Below are positions 59,792-64,000 of a DNA stretch of 64,000 nt, piece by piece (position 1 is the stretch's first letter; every line of letters begins with the position of its first letter). The stretch lies in assembly GCA_965116905.1 (NCBI GenBank), contig OZ220732.1, positions 864,001 to 928,000 on the forward strand, written 5' to 3'. Both the position numbers and the translations under genes were made by a program. This DNA comes from Longimicrobiales bacterium (lineage in GTDB: Bacteria > Gemmatimonadota > Gemmatimonadetes > Longimicrobiales > Gaopeijiaceae). The notes beneath the pieces are model-generated. The model saw nothing but the letters and a program-made list of their open reading frames with translations. It had not been told where the DNA came from and did no database searches.

Positions 59792-61198
59792 ATGAGCCAA
59801 CCCCGCGACCATTGGAGTTCCAACACCGGCCTCGTGCTGGCCGCTACCGGCAGCGCGATCGGCCTTGGCAACCTCTGGAAGTTCCCGTTCATCACCTGGG
59901 AGAACCAGGGGGGAGCGTTCGTTCTCGTCTACCTGATCTGCATCGCGGCGGTCGGCCTGCCGATCATGATGGCCGAGCTCCTCATCGGGCGACGTAGCCA
60001 GAAGAGCGCAGTAGGGGCGCTCAAGGACGCCGTGGCATCCAAGTGGCCGGGCGGCCGCACTCTCGGAGCCGTGGCCGGAGGATGGGGCGTGCTGGCGGGC
60101 TTCATCCTGCTCAGCTACTACACGGTCATCGCGGGGTGGTCGCTATACTACTTCGCGCAGTCGGTCGGGTGGACCTTCGGCGGCTTCCCTGCCGACCTGT
60201 CGGCGGTCGACCTCTTTGATACGCAGGTGAGCAACGCCGGCCTGCAGCTCATGCTTTCGCTGGGGTTCAGCATCGGGACGATCGCGGTCGTCTACTTCGG
60301 GGTGAGCAAGGGGATCGAGAAGATCGCCCGGATCTTCCTGCCGATCCTCTTCGGAATCCTGCTTCTCATGCTCATCAGTGCGCTCGGCATGAGCGGGTCG
60401 GGCGAGGCGTTGGCGTACATCTTCCGCCCCAACTTCGCCGACCTGACCACGGAGGCGGTTCTGGAAGCCCTCGGGCACTCCTTCTTCACGTTGTCGCTCG
60501 GCATGGGGGCCATGATCACCTATGGCTCCTACATCTCCCGCAAGCACTCCGTGGTCAAGGCGTCGGGGGCGATCGTGGCGCTGGACACCATCATCGCCCT
60601 GGTCGCCACCGTGATCATGTTCTCGGTGATCTTCTCGGTGGCCGGGATGCGCGACGAGGTCGGCGGCTCCACCGTCGGGATGCTCTTCATCTCGCTGCCC
60701 GAACTGTTCTACACCGAGGTGCCGTTCGGCGTTGTACTGGGACCGCTGTTCTACGTGCTCGTCGCCCTGGCGGCGCTCACCTCGACGATCTCGCTACTGG
60801 AAGTGGTGTCCGCCTACCTGATCGACGAGCGCGGACTGACGCGCCACAAGGCGACCATTGGGGCTGGCGTCGCGATCTTCGTGTTCACGATCTTCGCCGC
60901 CCTGTCGTTCACGGGCACTCCCTTCCTGTCGACCATGGAGATCTTCGACGGCAAGGCCGGCTGGTTCTCGACCGCCGACCACTTCGTCTCCAACTGGATG
61001 CTCCCGACCGGTGGCTTCTTCATCACGCTGGCGGCGGGCTGGTTCATGACCCGCAAGGACACGATGAGCGAGCTGATGGACGGCACCGAACCGCGCTGGT
61101 TCCACTACGGCGCGTGGCGCTTCTTCATCCGCTGGGTGGCGCCGCTGGCCGTCGCGGTGATCATCTACTTCGTGATCCTGGGGACGGACTTCAGTTGA
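59792..61198 (+). CDS. Sodium-dependent transporter (NSS family)
   Basis: GSAIGLGNLWKFP, GGAFVLVY, FFTLSLGMGAMITYGSY and AALTSTISLLE motifs. Confidence 0.95.
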   Translation: MSQPRDHWSSNTGLVLAATGSAIGLGNLWKFPFITWENQGGAFVLVYLICIAAVGLPIMMAELLIGRRSQKSAVGALKDAVASKWPGGRTLGAVAGGWGVLAGFILLSYYTVIAGWSLYYFAQSVGWTFGGFPADLSAVDLFDTQVSNAGLQLMLSLGFSIGTIAVVYFGVSKGIEKIARIFLPILFGILLLMLISALGMSGSGEALAYIFRPNFADLTTEAVLEALGHSFFTLSLGMGAMITYGSYISRKHSVVKASGAIVALDTIIALVATVIMFSVIFSVAGMRDEVGGSTVGMLFISLPELFYTEVPFGVVLGPLFYVLVALAALTSTISLLEVVSAYLIDERGLTRHKATIGAGVAIFVFTIFAALSFTGTPFLSTMEIFDGKAGWFSTADHFVSNWMLPTGGFFITLAAGWFMTRKDTMSELMDGTEPRWFHYGAWRFFIRWVAPLAVAVIIYFVILGTDFS

Positions 61199-61211
61199 CG
61201 GACAGATATCG

Positions 61212-63365
61212 GTGACCAGCGGCCCGACCGCCCCGCGCGTCTCCAAACGCCCGCCGGAGGTCTCCTTCGGCGGGCGTGTCTTGTTCCTCGCGGACGACGC
61301 CGACCTGATCCGCCGCCAGCTCCACGACGGGCTCGACCTCGACCTCACCCCCGAGCTCAAGGCCAGTCTCCGCGACCAGATCAGCACCGACGAGATCACC
61401 CCCGCGTACATCTGCTTCTTCTACGACGAGACGCTGGGCGAATTCCCGTACCTGGGGCTGGAGGTCAGGAGTGAGGGCGGGCGCGCCGGCGGGCGTGCCA
61501 GCGGGCGTGCCGGCGGTGGAGAAGGCCGCACCGAGGCCCCCATCGAGCGCGGCAGCGTCAAGGACGCGGGCTTCATCTGCTCCGTCGCCGGCAAGCGCCG
61601 CGGCAAGGGGTCGAGCCGCGAGCAGAGCCCCTACGCCGAGCTGATGGCGGGGATCAAGGTCGTCGTCAGCGAGAGCATCGAGCGGATCTACAACGAGAAC
61701 TGCCAGAACCTCGGCATCCTCACCACGACCGACTTCGGACTCATCGAGCGCATCCGCTCGGGCGAGCCGATCCCGCTGACCGAGTTCACGGCCGGGACGG
61801 ACGAGATCACCCGGCAGATCATCGAGTACGGTGGCCTGTTCGAGTTCAACATGGCCCGCATGGGAGGCCAGGTGACGCTCCCGTCGCCGCGCGCGCTGGG
61901 CGAACCTCCCGCAGGCGACGCGGGGCCCCGCCCCATGACGCTCGGCGAGAAGATCTTCGCCCGCAAATGGGTCGTCGACGCTTCCACCGACCACATCGGC
62001 ACCGAATGGGCCGAACCCGGCGAGGCGGGATTCTTCCGCGCCGACATCCGCTTCTCGCACGAGTACGTCACGCCCATGGCTGCCATCTTCTTCGAGCAGA
62101 AGCTGGGCGCCGGCGCGAAGGTCCTCGATCCCGATACGATCCTCTTCTTCCGCGACCACCTGACCTTCCTGCACAAGGTGATGAGCCAGGAGCGGATCGA
62201 GCAGGGGCTGCTGGAGGTCGCCAACCAGCTCGAGGTCAAGCAGCGCGAGTTCTCCGAGAAGCAGGGGATCCGCCTCTACGGCGAGCAGCAGGGCCACGTC
62301 ATGGGTTCCGAGGCGATCTGCCACTCCAAGATCCTAGAGGACTACGCCGAGCCGGGCATGCTCGTGATCGGCACCGATTCGCACACGCCCCACGCGGGCG
62401 CGGTTGGGGCGCTGGCCTTCGGGGTCGGCACCACAGCGATCTTCAATTCGTGGATCACGAAGGACGTGCGCGCGCGCATCCCGCCGTCGTTCAAGGTGGT
62501 GGTGGGCGGCGAGCTGCCCGCCAACGCGACCGCCAAGGACCTGATGCTCGAGATCCTGCGCCATCCCTATGTGCGCGACGGCCACGCGATAGGCCAGATC
62601 ATCGAGTATGCGGGCCCGGTTGTGGAAGGGCTGTCTGTGGATGAGAGAGCGACCATGACCAACATGGCCGCGGAAGTGGGCGCGTTCACGGGTCTGGTCG
62701 CGGCCGACGAGAGAACGGTCGAGTTCCTCGTGCGGGAGCGCGGCATGCAAGTGGCCCGCGCCCGGGCGCTGGTCGAAGGGGTGCACAGCGATCCCGGCGC
62801 CGAATACGTGAAGGTCATCGAGATCGACGCGACGCGGCTGCGCCCGATGGTCGCGCTGCCCGGCGATCCCGGAAACGGCCTCTACATCGACGAGCTGGCC
62901 GACGCCGTGCCCATCGAGATCGCCTACGCCGGGTCGTGCACGGCCGGCAAGAAGGAAGACATGGACATGTACGCGCGCGTCTTCCGCGAGGCCCGCGACC
63001 GGTGGGGGCTCGGCGTCCACCCCGGCGTGAAGTGCTACATCCAGTGCGGCTCGACCGACGTGCGGGAGTACGCGCGGGAGCAGGGGTACCTGGACCTGTT
63101 CCGCGAGATCGGCGCCGAGTTCATCGAGCCGGGGTGCGGCGCGTGCATCGCCGCCGGGCCGGGGGTCACCCGCTCGCCCGACCAGGTGTCGGTGTCGTCC
63201 CAGAACCGCAACTTCCCGGGCCGCTCGGGGCCCGGCCAGCTGTACCTGGTGTCGCCCTACTCGGTGGCCGCGTCGGCGGTGGCGGGGAGGGTGGCGGCGT
63301 GGGAGCCGGGGGTGCGGATGGAGCGGGCGGGGGCAGGGGCGCCAAGGGTGCCGGTGCTGGCGTAG
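61212..63365 (+). CDS. Aconitase-family hydratase, LeuD-like swivel domain fused N-terminal to a LeuC-like domain
   Basis: DQISTDEITP and GSSREQSP (small-subunit motifs), then PMTLGEKI, DSHT, GSCTAG, PGCGACI and NRNFPGR (large-subunit motifs with three Fe-S cysteines). Confidence 0.85.
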   Translation: MTSGPTAPRVSKRPPEVSFGGRVLFLADDADLIRRQLHDGLDLDLTPELKASLRDQISTDEITPAYICFFYDETLGEFPYLGLEVRSEGGRAGGRASGRAGGGEGRTEAPIERGSVKDAGFICSVAGKRRGKGSSREQSPYAELMAGIKVVVSESIERIYNENCQNLGILTTTDFGLIERIRSGEPIPLTEFTAGTDEITRQIIEYGGLFEFNMARMGGQVTLPSPRALGEPPAGDAGPRPMTLGEKIFARKWVVDASTDHIGTEWAEPGEAGFFRADIRFSHEYVTPMAAIFFEQKLGAGAKVLDPDTILFFRDHLTFLHKVMSQERIEQGLLEVANQLEVKQREFSEKQGIRLYGEQQGHVMGSEAICHSKILEDYAEPGMLVIGTDSHTPHAGAVGALAFGVGTTAIFNSWITKDVRARIPPSFKVVVGGELPANATAKDLMLEILRHPYVRDGHAIGQIIEYAGPVVEGLSVDERATMTNMAAEVGAFTGLVAADERTVEFLVRERGMQVARARALVEGVHSDPGAEYVKVIEIDATRLRPMVALPGDPGNGLYIDELADAVPIEIAYAGSCTAGKKEDMDMYARVFREARDRWGLGVHPGVKCYIQCGSTDVREYAREQGYLDLFREIGAEFIEPGCGACIAAGPGVTRSPDQVSVSSQNRNFPGRSGPGQLYLVSPYSVAASAVAGRVAAWEPGVRMERAGAGAPRVPVLA

Positions 63366-63413
63366 GGGCGGGGCGTCACGCCGGGCACGCGAGGCATGCC
63401 AGGCATGCGGTCT

Positions 63414-63827
63414 TCAACCACCTACGTGCGTTGGCACCTCGATACCCTTTGCGATTGCGGCCGCGGCCAATCTGCGGTCGAGCGTCGCGAGTGGCAGTTG
63501 CATGCGAAGGGCCAGCTCCAGGTACATCGCGTCGTAAACGGATAGCCCGTCCTCGTCAGCGAGCGTGAGCACCGCTTCCCAGACCCGGCCGGCCGAAACG
63601 GGTTCGATCTCCACCGGCAGACCCTTGAGGCTGTTGCGGACTCTCGTCCATTCGTCCCTGGTGATCCGGCCTCGGCTGGTGGCGACCCACAGGACGTTGC
63701 CCACTTCGATCGGCCAGAGAGCGGGAACGAATGCCCTGCCGTCGATCAGGGACTCACGCAGCCGATCGGTCTCCGGCGAGGCCTCGTCCGCGAACACCCA
63801 CGCCATGGTCACCGAACAATCGAGCAC
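63414..63827 (-). CDS. vapC: Type II TA toxin, VapC/PIN family
   Basis: (FV)LDCSVTMAW, WPIEVGNVL, LSVYDAMYLELA and LATLDRRL motifs. Confidence 0.92.
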   Translation of the reverse strand: MLDCSVTMAWVFADEASPETDRLRESLIDGRAFVPALWPIEVGNVLWVATSRGRITRDEWTRVRNSLKGLPVEIEPVSAGRVWEAVLTLADEDGLSVYDAMYLELALRMQLPLATLDRRLAAAAIAKGIEVPTHVGG

Positions 63828-63832
63828 GAACG

Positions 63833-64000
63833 TCAGCGTCTGCGGCCCTCTTCGATCATGTCGCGAATCGAGAGCCCGCCCAGGCTATGGGTCTTCTGGA
63901 AGGCCTTCAGATCCTCGATTGCGGCGCGGATCCTGGTCGTGTCGCGGGTCTTAAAGGGGATCAACTCCGCGACGGGGCGATTGTGTCTGGTGATGACAAA
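63833..64000 (-). CDS. Type II TA antitoxin, Phd/YefM family (3' part; starts outside window)
   Basis: Not in the ORF track. Manual translation FVITRHNRPVAELIPF...LSIRDMIEEGRRR*, directly upstream of vapC. Confidence 0.88.
   Translation of the reverse strand, partial: FVITRHNRPVAELIPFKTRDTTRIRAAIEDLKAFQKTHSLGGLSIRDMIEEGRRR

Overview
GC-rich bacterial chromosome segment spanning the replication origin. Gene content and protein style suggest Gemmatimonadota, but this is inference only. Left of the origin, all on the minus strand: pdhA (partial), lipA, DUF819, a zinc-ribbon protein, M14 peptidase, NIF3, bactofilin, M23 peptidase, parB, parA, two perfect parS sites, mnmG, mnmE, yidC, yidD, rnpA and rpmH. 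Then dnaA, oriC (DnaA boxes plus a basal-unwinding-like element) and dnaN. Right of the origin: pyrE; a lipoprotein/histidine kinase/sigma54 regulator/coiled-coil/beta-barrel operon; tdh-kbl; an ECF sigma/anti-sigma/Spy-like module; queE; a solitary GyrA/ParC with a degenerate GyrA box; a PLP decarboxylase; a compact divergent paaABCD-like diiron epoxidase cluster; pfkA; a PIG-L deacetylase; a BMP/nucleoside ABC transporter; an NSS transporter; a LeuD-LeuC-type fused aconitase-family protein; and a vapBC pair. The best candidate for an undescribed system is the lower-GC island at about 55.7-59.7 kb. It holds a decayed transposase, a divergent ECF-like sigma factor, a membrane-anchored CxxC protein, a secreted acidic six-cysteine peptide and a beta-propeller lipoprotein. 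No rRNA, tRNA or CRISPR array was recognised. All product calls come from motif recognition by eye; no database searches were run.
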